Shown one piece after another: positions 10,607 to 22,400 of a DNA stretch of 55,318 bases (positions within the stretch are counted from its first letter, which is position 1; every line of letters starts with the position of its first letter). The DNA is from Rhizaria sp. SCN 62-66 (Eukaryota). The notes below the pieces were generated by a model, which saw only the letters and a program-made list of their open reading frames with translations, was not told the DNA's origin and searched no databases. The DNA is taken from assembly GCA_001724265.1 (NCBI GenBank), contig MEDY01000185.1, positions 1 through 55,318 on the forward strand, read 5' to 3'. A program made the translations under genes and the position numbers.

Positions 10607-11862
10607 AGTAAACCAGCTTTACCTTCATCATTCTTAAAGAAAACACTGTGTTGTTGATGACGAAATTAACAAGAGCCGTGTGGATTCACTTGATATACAC
10701 AAAATTCCTATTTGTATTGATATATTTCTGAACTGACATCTTTGAGACGACGTGACACAGAGGGACCGTGAGTGCGGAGTGGGGGGATGATCTTCGAGTC
10801 GTCTTCAAGTCTATAGACTTGTGAATTGACTGCGCATACTAACTACATTGTCAAATCCTGGCAGGTGCTTTGTTCGTAAATGTGGTGATTTCTTTTACTT
10901 TTCAGTAGTTGTCCGTCGGGAAACAACGCATGTAGTGAGCTCTCTGGTCCCTCGGGTCAGGTCAAATCACCAACGCCACGCTTCGGTTTTAAACGGGTCG
11001 TCCACTTTGGAAGCATGCGATTTGAAGATATCTTGCTTGAATCGTTTGATTTAGTAGTTATAACAGTTCTTGCCTTAGTGTCATGCTTTTGTCAGTAGGC
11101 CAGCGAGTTGCTGAGTGACTGTGACTATTTTAATAGCATTGGCAGCAGTGTTGTGTCGCAGCATTAGAGAGCATGAATCAAACACACACGCTGCTGTTAG
11201 AAAGCCATGTCTAACATGTATTCTAGTATGATAATGACCGCCATGAGGCATGACCGCTATCTGATGTGGGTAGTAGCTGCCGTAGCTTCTAACACTGAAC
11301 CTTCAAGTTGGCTGAAGCTTGCCACAGAGGCGTGATGAGCCTCAAAATGGATCACAACTGTACCGGCATTACGTCACAACAGTCACGGGGTGACCAGGTA
11401 CGTAAAGCATATTTGTACCAGCTGTAGCTTGTTAAGTTCATAGTTGTGTTGAGATGCCTTCTGTTTATTTGTGAAATTTTAACACGCGGTGAAGACACAT
11501 TAGAAATATAAATAATTTATTCCTGTTAAAATTAACCTTAATAATTATATTACTCTAAAGAAATCACTATCTAGTATGATTATAGAGAGATATAATTAAT
11601 TTTTCAATACTACAATTTGACTCACTCTTGTAATTTGGAAAATGTTGGCTGCGGCAGTTGGGCTGATTAAAGGTTGGGTCGTTAAAAGACCTAGTGAGGT
11701 ACCCTATTTTGAGAGCGAAAGATAATATCAGATCAAAACAGGCAGCTCGCTCAACACAAGCAACCAAATCAAACCGAAATTTGTTAACAAGTCAAACAAT
11801 TCACTCATTAAAACCTCTATACTTCTTTTTACCTCTTTCGTGTCACAGCTAAAACAAGCAAT

Positions 11863-12183
11863 ATGGCTGGTTCTGGTAAGTCCGGTAAGGGCCTCGGCAA
11901 GAACAGTGTCGCTAAGCGTCACCGTGCCACCAAGCAGGGTGGCGATTCCCTCAAGGGCATCACCAAGCCTTCCATCCTCCGTCTCGCGCGTCGTGGTGGT
12001 GTGAAGCGCATCTCCAGCGGCATCTACATCGAGACCCGTGGCGTCCTCCGCGTCTTCCTCGAGTCCATCGTCCGTGATGCTGTCACCTTCTGCGAGCACT
12101 CCTCCCGCAAGACCATCTCTGCTCTCGACGTCGTCTACTCCCTCAAGCGTCAGGGCAAGACCCTCTACGGCTTCGGCTTCTAA
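11863..12183 (+). CDS. H4: Histone H4, divergent
   Basis: The H4 fold is clear: [71 protein letters not shown]. The gene is intronless and ends in TAA. Confidence 0.97.
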   Translation: MAGSGKSGKGLGKNSVAKRHRATKQGGDSLKGITKPSILRLARRGGVKRISSGIYIETRGVLRVFLESIVRDAVTFCEHSSRKTISALDVVYSLKRQGKTLYGFGF

Positions 12184-12283
12184 ATTGCCTGACCGTTCTA
12201 GAGTCTCCTCTCCGCAGCGCTGCCAACAAGCAGCGCGAGCAAACTAACACAAAATACCCCAAAAACAAAACAAAAAACAACCT

Positions 12284-12299
12284 GGCGTTTTTCAACGCC
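12284..12299 (+). promoter_or_regulatory. Histone mRNA 3' stem-loop, variant GGCGTT-TTTC-AACGCC (H4)
   Basis: Identical to the hairpin after H2A. It lies 100 nt after the H4 stop and is preceded by an A-rich tract. Confidence 0.9.
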
Positions 12300-12884
12300 T
12301 CCCAACGACACACAAAATCAAGTCTTATAAACATCAAACTCACATCTTGAAATGAATTTGACGCACAAGCATATTTATGTGAACATGGCTTCTCTGAGCA
12401 CTCTTCAAGCGGCCGGTGCTGACGTTGTTAAACGTTTGTTGACGTCTTGCTTTGTGGTCTTCCGCGCGCTGTCGTTCGTCACACTTAATCAGCGTATTCC
12501 GTACGTCGCGGCAGATACAATTGCTGTTAATGATCTTTGGTGGTTCGCTTTGTGGTTCCGCTTTTGGTGTTCGGAGTGATCTCATTTCTTCACATCCCAG
12601 ACCGACAGTGTCCAGTGACCACGGTGTAGATTAAGCAAGATATGCACACAAAAAAGCTAGTCTAACTACGAAGCCATATTTTACTAAAACTCCTATCCCA
12701 AAGATAACTGAGTCATCTGCCTGTGATAGTCTTATGATAGTTGAACTCGGTTCTGGAGCTGAACATCTTGCCAGCCCAAGACGTTCCTTTAGTGACATCC
12801 AGGGAAAGATATCAATCGTCAATAGTCGTGAAAGGAAACTATATATAATCTCACATATACTACTATTTATTCTCTTATTCAGAG

Positions 12885-15128
12885 ATGTCCGCTCTTCGTT
12901 TGGGACGCGTGGCATCACGCCTCGTTCCAACGATTGCTCCAGTTGTCTCATCGACTGCAACCCTTGCTGGACTAGCCTCTAAGCACGCGACATCAACCCT
13001 CTATGGTCCTGCGCAGCTTTTTAATTCTACATTACATGCTTAGCTTTCCACCTCGGCGAGTAGTAACAGTCCTAGCCTGAATGTGGCTCATGGCACATCT
13101 TCTGCGAGCGCAAGTGCGAACTTACCATCCGACACCGCCGTTCCCTCGACGGCTTCACCGACAGCATCAGCCGCAGCGAAAAGCTCTGAGCAACCGCGCA
13201 ACAGCACGTGGGCCGATATACTAGACGGTGAAGCTGGCTTAGACGACGAATCCATGCCGCAAGGCCGCAACACCCGCCTGCCCACGCCCACAAGTCCCAT
13301 CGCAGCCTCTATCTTCAGCAACGCCGCCGGCCCCGCCAGCGGCATCTCCGGCGCAGGTGATATCAAGACGACCGCGGGTCTTGGCAAGACGAACGAGCTA
13401 TACGGCCAAATCGGGTACCCGCCGAACGCAAACCACGCGACGCTAGCTTTATGGTTCGCAGTATCCAAAAACGACTTGAAAATGGTTGAAAACGTGCTGA
13501 ACCAGTCTGATTCCCTCCTGGACCTCGACGCCACTGACCCCAACGGGTGGTCGCTCATGCACCTCGCCGCCTACACCGCGTCGCCCCGTCTGATTATGTT
13601 TTTGCTGCAGGTTGGCATCAGCGCAGATGCAGTGTCAAACCGCGGGCACTCGCCGCTGCACGTCGCAGTCGTCAAGGGCAACGCGGACGCCGTTGAGTTG
13701 CTCTTGGAGGCCGGCGCTGACCCGTCCCGCGCTGCCCCGGGCGGCAGCACGCCGTACTACATGTGGTGGATTGACTCCACGTCGACGGACCCGGCGATTC
13801 CTTTCAAGCTTATCAAGGCGGGGGCGGATATGACCACGTTGCACGGGACATCCGGCGCGTCACCCATCACAGTCGCCGGGTTCCGGCAGGACCGTGGGCT
13901 CGAAGACGTTGTATTAGCCGCGATGGACGCGCCGGGCGGGATGACCCACGCGAGCACCGCGATCACGATGCATCACCACGGCTACACGAGTCCAGCCGGT
14001 CAAAACCCCACTCAACACGCCAGCTCGAGCAGCTCTAACGCAACGGCAGCGACAGATAACGGCGCCACGGTGCACCCTGCCAGTATGGCTGCGACGCTCG
14101 ACTACGGGCGTGTGCTTGAGCGTCTGATCACCGCGGGTGCAGTGACCAAGGGTCCCGGCGGCAGTCTCACTGCACCGGCGTACGACGGCAAGACGCTGAT
14201 CGAATATGCCGTCACGAGCGACTCTGTCAACGCGATTCAAGTACTTCTCAAACACGGCGTCTCAGCAAACGCGCCGTATACCGACGCGCATCGTAATGCA
14301 AGTACCTCGGGTGTAAGTGCTGCTTCCGCGGCGGGCGCGGATGCGACCACATCTGTGCTTGTGCCGACAACTCCTTTGGCCCTGGCGGCCCGTCTCGGGC
14401 ACAGCGCGGCTGCGCGCGCTCTGTTGGCCGCGGGCGCCGACCCCGACGGCAGTGACCGTGAGCGCATCAAGCTGTGCGACTTAAACGCGGTCATGGACCC
14501 CGATCCGAGTCTTGTGGTCACGCCGCTGGTGATCGCATCGGCGCGCAGCGATGTCACTGGACCCGCACTGCTCCGCGAAATGCTCACAGCGCATCTAAGG
14601 ACCCACACGCATGATCTAAGTACCTCTACCTCGACTGCAAACGCAGACGATGCTGCCGCTGAAACTGTTTCTGAAGTGGCGAGTGTTCGGTCGGTCGATG
14701 GTGGCGCTCGTACAGTCGTTGACATCAACATCACGGAGTCCAAAGCAACCGTGACTCCCGCCTTACCATCGTATCTCGTCCCCGGTGCTCCAGAGAGCGT
14801 TGGCGCAGCGTACCGTTTTGCAGCGCAGTTAGGCCTTCAGAACAACGTCGACGCCCTACTTGCGTTTGCATCCGAGGAGTCGTTGATCGCCAACGCGCGC
14901 ATGCTTGTCGCCGGTGCTATCGTAGCCAGCGCGGACCCGCAGTCGTCGACCGCGGCCGCTGGCGCTTTCGGCGGCGGCGGCGGCAGCGGCGCGGCGGGCA
15001 CGGCGGTGGGCAACGCTGCGGTGACGGCGGCGGCAGCGACGCTCGGCTGGGCAGGCGATGGCAGCGGTATCGTGCGCAACCGTGAGAAGTCTGTCAGTGG
15101 AAAAGCGCTTGCGAACCTCTTTAAGTCT

Positions 15129-15160
<32 letters not shown>

Positions 15161-16115
15161 GAGCAATGACAATAACGCAAACGATGAAGCCACATCTGCG
15201 ACTGTTATGCCGTCGATCCTTGCGCTGCACAAGCTTGTCGGCTGGAATCCGAACTTGTTACGTGGGTTTGCTGACCGTTTTGGCGCATACTCGATCGCTA
15301 CAGACGCTGGTGGTGGCGGAAGTCAAGCCGCGCTTAAGTATTTATACTTAGCGGGCGCGAACATGTCGCTCTCGGACCCCCGCGGCACTGCGCTGCACAC
15401 TGCCGTGCGTGGCCGCAACACTGCGGTTGACTTGGCGACTCTCGTCGGTGAGCTGGGCGTCCCTTTGAACGTGGTCGACGTCAACGGCTTCACCGCTGCT
15501 GAGGCGGCTGAGAAGGAGGACAACGGGCCTGCGAAGACCTTCTTTAACCTCTTCTCGAACGCCGGCAACAGCGATGCGGGCTCGGTCCGCGCGAACCCCG
15601 TTCTATCGCGCCGCACTCTGAAGCCCTATGCCGAGCGCGGCTACACTGAGGACGAGGTCGATGCTGCTCTGGCGCGGGCGAAGCGGGGAATGGCACCTGA
15701 GAAAGGAACGCTCCCGAGCCGACTCACTGCGCTGGCGGCGTATATCGCCGTCGTAGAGAGCGCGGGCAAGGCCACGGTGGCGCCTGAGAACGTCGCGTGG
15801 GCGCCTGCTGAAGTTAAGGCGCGGGCGAGGCGTGCTAAGGCTGCGGCAGACGCCGCGGCGGAGGCGGCGCGTGTCAAGTCTAACTCAATCGCGAGCATGT
15901 TGCTGCACCAGGACGGGATTGACCGGGCCACCGGCGCTGTGACTGTTGAGGTTAAGAAGGGTGGTGGCCGTAGCGCGTCACTGTTTGATCAGATGAAGAC
16001 AGCAGCCTCAGCGGCGGCGCAAAGTGTGGCGAGCACGATCGGTAACAAAGGCACGACTGCAAGTAAAACAGCACATAACCAGCCAAGCAAGGGTCGCAAG
16101 CGTGCATCCAAGTGA
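12885..16115 (+). CDS. Ankyrin-repeat protein (~1076 aa) with a putative mitochondrial presequence and an in-frame TAG at 13041-13043
   Basis: Ankyrin repeats are visible (GWSLMHLAA, GHSPLHVAVVKGNADAVELLLEAGADP, TPLALAA, GTALHTAV). ATG 12885 is in frame with the track ORF and encodes MSALRLGRVASRLVPTIAPVVSS..., which is R/S/L/A-rich and lacks acidic residues. The only interruption is one TAG. Ends in TGA. Confidence 0.8.
15129..15158 (+). repeat. (AAC)10 coding microsatellite, poly-Asn
   Basis: Seen directly in the sequence, inside the ankyrin gene. Confidence 0.9.
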
Positions 16116-16450
16116 TTTATTAATTTAAACCTATTTATTACGTACTATATACACAATCTATTACTATATCACTCAATCTTGGAAGTTGAAGTTGTCCTTT
16201 ATGAGCCCCGCTGACGGTATCAAACTCGTTTGTGGTTGCCAGATACTCACGAGAAGCCAAGATAATGCCGTCTCCTCTTAATGACCGTCACACCATGCAG
16301 TTTCCGTGTAACACCAATGCGACGTAATTGAGCCTTGTATCATCACGATTCCTAACATATTTTGTGAACCATCTTTCTACTATTGTTTTCCTGACAGTAG
16401 TCCAATCCACAGAACTTCAGCTCTAGGTCAGCTTATCGCATCAGAGTGCG

Positions 16451-19400
16451 ATGTCAACCTCTACCGCAACTGCAACGGCTGTTGTGGTGACTCCGGGATG
16501 CGCGACCGCTCTTAACACGTGCCTTAACGAGGTCCGTGCGCACCTGTTTCAGTCGCGTTGGGAACAAGCTGTTGAGGCTGCCCGCAAGGGTTGGGCCATT
16601 CACAGCGAGACTGTTCTGGCTGCTCTGCAGGCCCGCTCCTCGTCCTCCAGTAAGAGCGACAAAAAGGACAAGAAAGATAAGAAGGCTGACAAAGACGGCA
16701 AAAGGGATAAAAAGGACAAGACCGACAAGAAGTCCGACAAAAAGGACAAGAAGTCGGACAAGAAAGACAAGAAGAGCGACAAGAAGGACAAAAAGGACAA
16801 GAAAGCTGACCACAGCGACAGCGACGACGACGACAGTGATGACGACGGCGACGACAACAGCAGCACGCCTCAGCCCGCATCCACCGCGCAGATCACGATC
16901 CCCACTGCGACGCTCGACGCTATCGCTGTCACCGCGCTCGCATCGACCCCTGTTGCGACTCCGCTACTCTCGCTGCTGCTCACAGCCAAACCCAGCAAGG
17001 CCGCGACTGCAGACTGCGCTGACGCCGCCGCCGTGGCGTTGCACGCGCTCTGCCTGCTTGCCTGTGACGCCGCACTGTCGGGCTCGCTTCCCGCGCTTGT
17101 CTCGCTGCACTGGGCACACTGCGCGCGGCTTATCTACCCTGCATCAGCACCCGCAGCCGTCGCGTTTGCGCGCGGTCTCGCACAAGCCAACAGCAGCGGC
17201 GCGAACCGCAACGCGAGCGGGGCTGCGGCGGAGCCGACGATTGAAGTTGCGAGTATTGCGTACCGCACTGGCCCTGCTGCTGCGGTGGAGTACTTACACC
17301 AGGTACTTACATCCGCTGCTGCCGCGATCAATGCAGTCAACGCTGGCATTGTTGCTGATAACAAGAGCACCGCCGGTACTGCAGGCGCCATCGTGAAGCC
17401 TCTGAAGGAGATCGCCGCCGAGGCAGTCTCGCTGATCCACGGTGTGCAGGGCGAGCTCCTGTGCCAAGTGTCTTCGCCGATTACGGTCGAGCTTGGTCAG
17501 AAGTCGTATGACATGGCTGGTGATCACCAGGTCAGTGGCGCTGCTGCTGAGGCCGCTGTTGCGTACACACTCGCACTTGCGCCCACGGTAACTGCGCTTG
17601 CTGTCAGTAGCGGTGCTCATTGTGGTGCCGATAATGACTGGAACGAGAACAGGAAGGCGATTGCGGGTGCGCTAGGCTACATCAACTGCTTACACGAGAG
17701 TCTTAGCTCTTCTTCCAGCGACAGCTCGTCTGAGGAGCGCATCGCAAAAGTTGCCGCTGCTGCTGGTATTGAGAACCTTGACGGGTTTAAGTCTAGATGC
17801 ATCTTCTCAACGTCTAAGTACTTGCATACTCGTGAGATCCCCGGCGTGAGCAACCAGGCAGAGTTTGCCCGCGCGCGTGGAGTGGCGTGGTCTGGGGTAA
17901 GTACCATCGAGGCCCTTAGTCAGACCCTCGCCTCAGCGTCCGCGTTGGCGACCCTGCTTGAAGCGACAGCAACCAAGATCAAGACTACGACTACGCCCAC
18001 GGTCACCAAGGAAGCTGTCACCGCCGCTCTCGCTGCGATCACCGCAGCGCAGTCACCGTCTGCGGCGACGTCAACTGCGCCATCCACCGCCAGCAAGACC
18101 AGTAGTAGCCGCGTGGTCGGCAAGGGTATCATTGCCACTGACCCATCTGTTGCGACACCTGCGGCCACCGAGGCCACTGCGACCGCGCTGGCACTCGCCG
18201 CCGCAGAATCTGCCCGCTGGCTCGCTGCCGAGGCCCCCGTCACTGTGATGGCCGCGAGCACGCTCACATCGATGACATCTCCCTCAACGAACGCGACCGT
18301 CGCACACTGGCCCCTGCAGCAAACTATCTCAGCGACGTCTCTGCCGCTGTCGACGCCAGGTCTCCGCGCGAGCCCCGAAGCGCTGTCCGCCACCCTCCCG
18401 CCACTCGCATGGCTGTACGCGCTCTGCGCATTGCTCCGCGCCCGCGCGTCATTGCTGCTGGCCGTGACCGCGCCCGTGCGCGGCGACTGCGAGCAGTCGC
18501 CGTGGGCTCGCGACGCAGCCGCTGCGGAAGCTGCTGCGGCCGCTGCGGCTGCCGGACTCGGCTCTGCACTGGGCGCGTCTGGCTCAGCGTCGTCATCAGC
18601 GGCGCCTGTGCGGCCGCCGATTGCCCAGCGCCCCGCTATCGCGCCGCGCCCGCCTCTCAGCAACAGCAACGCTACCACAAGCACGTCGACAGACGCAGCG
18701 CGTCCCATTGGTTTCCGGCGCACTGTTGCGGCTGAGATCGCGGCGGGTCTTGATGCGGCGACTGCGGCGGCCACAGCTGCCGCGGCGCCCGCGCCGGTGG
18801 CTGCTGTGGTGACTGTTGCCGAGGCGGATAGTGATGCTGTATGGACGAAGCCGGCGCGGCTCAACTTTAAAGCGCCGTGGTCTGCGCGCGGTGTCACTGA
18901 GAGCGAGCGCTTGGCTGTGCTGCGTCGCGCCTTACCCGCAGATTCTGACTGTGGTGACCATGTTAAGGCTGCTGCTGATACTGCTGCACCGTCACTGCGC
19001 TGGGTCACTGATGTGAGCATCTTGCGTGACGCGCAGTGGCAGTGCAAGTATCTCAGCACAGCAGTTGCTGTTGCACGCGCGCATGCCACTGCTTCTGCTT
19101 CTGCGTCTGGCAACGCTGTCGGTAGCAAAGTGCCTGCTTTCGTCCGTTCTGCTGCGACGGAGGCTGCGTGGCGCGTCCTCACCCCGTACAATGGCGCTAA
19201 CCCTTACACAGCCGTTGCCTCGACCGCTAGGGCTACTATTGCGCGTACTGAGGCTGAGGCTGATGCTGTGGCGGCGTCTCTTGTCCTGTGTGCCGAGCCG
19301 GCGACAGTTTCGATCCCGACCGGTCCTGTCCCGCCTGCCAGTGCTTTCCCGGACTCGAACACCGGGCGGCTTAACTTTTTGGCGGAGCAGGCGCGCTTGC

Positions 19401-22400
19401 TGCTCAAGGCCAACGCAGCTCGCGTGATGCCTGTTGCGTATCAGGCTGCACGGCTTCTTGCTTCTTTCGCCGCGTTCCCCTGCGCTGAGGACATGACTGA
19501 TGAGAAGGTTCTTGCACTTGCGCTGACACCGCTTAACGCACATATTAATCATGACGACAGTGATGAGAACTCTGCTCAACCTTCTTCATTGGCATCTTAC
19601 CTTCGCACTGCGCGCTGCGTTGCAACGCGGTTGTCAAACCTTGCTCCGGGTCACTGGCTTGCAAAGTGTCTTGTTCCTTCCGTCACTGCACCCGTCCTTG
19701 CTTCTCTCACACTCACCGGCTCGACAAGTGTAGCTCCCACCCTTCCTGGCAGTGTAACCCTGCCTGCTGCGCTACACGCTGTCGCATCGACGCTGTGCAC
19801 TGAGCTCCAAACTGCAATCGCGCCATCTACTGGTGCTCTACTGCCGAACTTTGTGATCCCGTTTGCTGGAGACGACGTATTCGCGCCCCTTCGTCACGCA
19901 CGCACCGCTCTCGCTCTTGCTGCGGCCGCTGCGTTGAGTGCGAATGCCTCTTCCGGCGACACCGCGGTGGTTGATGTCATTTCATTAAACGGCGGCTACG
20001 GCAACGTGAGCCGCACCGCAATCATCGCAGCCGCTGCCAGCGCCACGGGTGCTGCTGAGGGCTACGCAGGCGTTGCCAGCAGCGCGCTCGAAAGCAAGAT
20101 TGCTCTCACGCGCGCGGTTGTCGCAGCGTATGGCAACGTCACCACAAGCGCTAAGGCAAACGCGGCTGCGCGTGTTGTGCAAGTGCTTGATTGCGCGTTG
20201 CGCGTGTTCACAGCCACGAAGGGTAATACCAACGACAGTGTCGTTGCCGCTCTTGATGATAGCGTGGGCGCGAAGATGTCTGCTGTCAGCGACGCACTCT
20301 CAAAGCTCCTCTGCGTCTCCCGCAATGCCGGTGGGGGTGACTCACATCAGCATGTGCCCGTGCTATTGCTCGCGCTGCTCCTTGGCGTGTGCAATAGCCC
20401 AGTCGTCACTGCAGCATGCCCCGCTGTCGCTGTCGCCGTGCGTGTTACGTGCCTCAAGCTCGACACGACTGGCGCGTTAACCGAGCTGGCGCTCACAGAG
20501 GCAGTAACTGCGAATGTGGCCACGGTCACTCCGGATCAACAACTACTGGGCACGTCGATCTTCCAGACTGCTGTAGCGGCGAGCACCAGCGTGACTGACT
20601 ACGCGGCCAAGCTTCCCGCGTGGGCGCGGCCTCACTTCGAGCAGAGCTCTGTTGCGGCTGAAGTGGCGCAGTTTGTCACGCACGCTGCTGGTACGCCGGA
20701 GGGTGGACTTTACTACATCTCGGCGCAACACGTATCTGTGCTGTCATACATTATCAGCGCAGGTGAGGTCTCAGCGGAGGCTATGTCTAGTTCTGTTCTT
20801 GCACTGTCACCCGCTGCGACACTGGCACTGCTCTGGCACTCCGTCACTGCCCTCTCACAGTCACGCCGCTCACAGTCGCCCGGCGCTGCGGCTGCTGGAG
20901 ACGACTCAACTTCCGCAGTGACTGTGGGCGCTGAGATGGCGCGGTGGGCATTGCTTTGGGGTTTTGGTCTTGCGTCACAAGAGCGTCGCATTGATATGAC
21001 AAGCGCACTTGCCGCACCGGATCTTAGTAACAACGCTCATAGTCACTTGTCCACAGCGATCGCATCCGGTGCTGCTGATCTAATCACTCTCATTAACGGT
21101 AACGCACATGTGAACAGCACAGTGACCGAGACACGCAGCGTGATTTGGCCTCCAATGATGTCGTTGTTGCAGGGCGTGCTTACGCGGTCACCGACGCACG
21201 CGGGCGCTTTGACCGGGCTCGGTCACTTGCTTGTGTTTAACGCTGCGACCACTGCCATCTCCAAGAATAGTGAAGCGAACGCGGGTAGTTTTACATCTGA
21301 CGACGTAGAGTCCAGCTCTCTGGAGCATACCCACGCGGTCATGGCGTTGTTGCGCCGTGCACGACTTGTATACTGCGCTGCTTACACTGCAGGTGTGCGT
21401 TCTTCCTCTTCAGCAGCTGCTGCTTCGCGGGCTGCAACTGCAACGGTAAAGAGCAGCAGCGACGCAGATGCAGCGGGTGCGGCTTTGGTGCGGCTCACCT
21501 TTGAATACGCTGCGTCTGTAAAGAACTTCCCTACAGACAAGGCGCAGATGGCTGAGGTTTGTACTGTATTCCCGACAACATTCCTCAGTTCCAAGGCTGC
21601 GATCACCGGCATTGTCCCAACTGGCGTCAGCCCTCGTGGCGAGGCGTCTGCAGAGGAGTCCCGTTACAACGCGTTTGCGCTCATTGACGCTATCTGTCAG
21701 CCGCCGCACACTCCGGTTCTCACGGCTTCCCATTCAGCGTGGGTATGGACCGCACGCGCCCAAGCGATGGCTCTGCAGGCACAGCATGCGCAGACACCTA
21801 AACTGCTGCTTGTCGCCGCTCGGCTCACTGCGGCTGCTGCTGAGCGCGCCGCCGCTGTGCTCAGCTCCACCACTGACACTGCGAGCGAGGGAACCGATGC
21901 AGACGCCGCCGCGGTGAGCGTGCGCGCGGCGGCCGCGAACGCGGCGGCGACGGCGGCTGCTGCTGCGAGCGTTGGCGCAAGGCTCACAGATGCATATGCC
22001 GAGGCTGGACAAGTGCTGGCTAGCATGAATGCTGCTGTGATCGCATGCCGTCACGCCGCGCCGCTGCTTGCTACCGTGAATGGCTCAGAGACTGGGCTCA
22101 GTTCTTTTTCCAGCACCGGCGCGACCTCAGTTCCTGTTGGACTGACGCCTCTTGTTGCAGGTGGAGAGCTTGTGGTCGCACCGTGCACTAATCAGTCTAA
22201 CTTCTGCGCGACGCGGCTTAACTTCGCAGCGTGGGGCTTATGGGTGTACTCAACGGCGTCTGCGCAGGCACGTACTGGTAGCTTGACTGACAGGCTTGAT
22301 GCTGTGTGGAACTTGCACTGCCTTCTCTCGACCGCTCTTCAACACGCCACTGCCAATGATGACAGCACTGCGGCAGCTGAGTTACCTGCCACGGGGGCCG

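Noticed and set aside
10640-11800. Short ORFs and a CAG|GTACGT donor-like site at about 11398
   Set aside because: I could not assemble a consistent gene model on either strand, even with TAG as sense.
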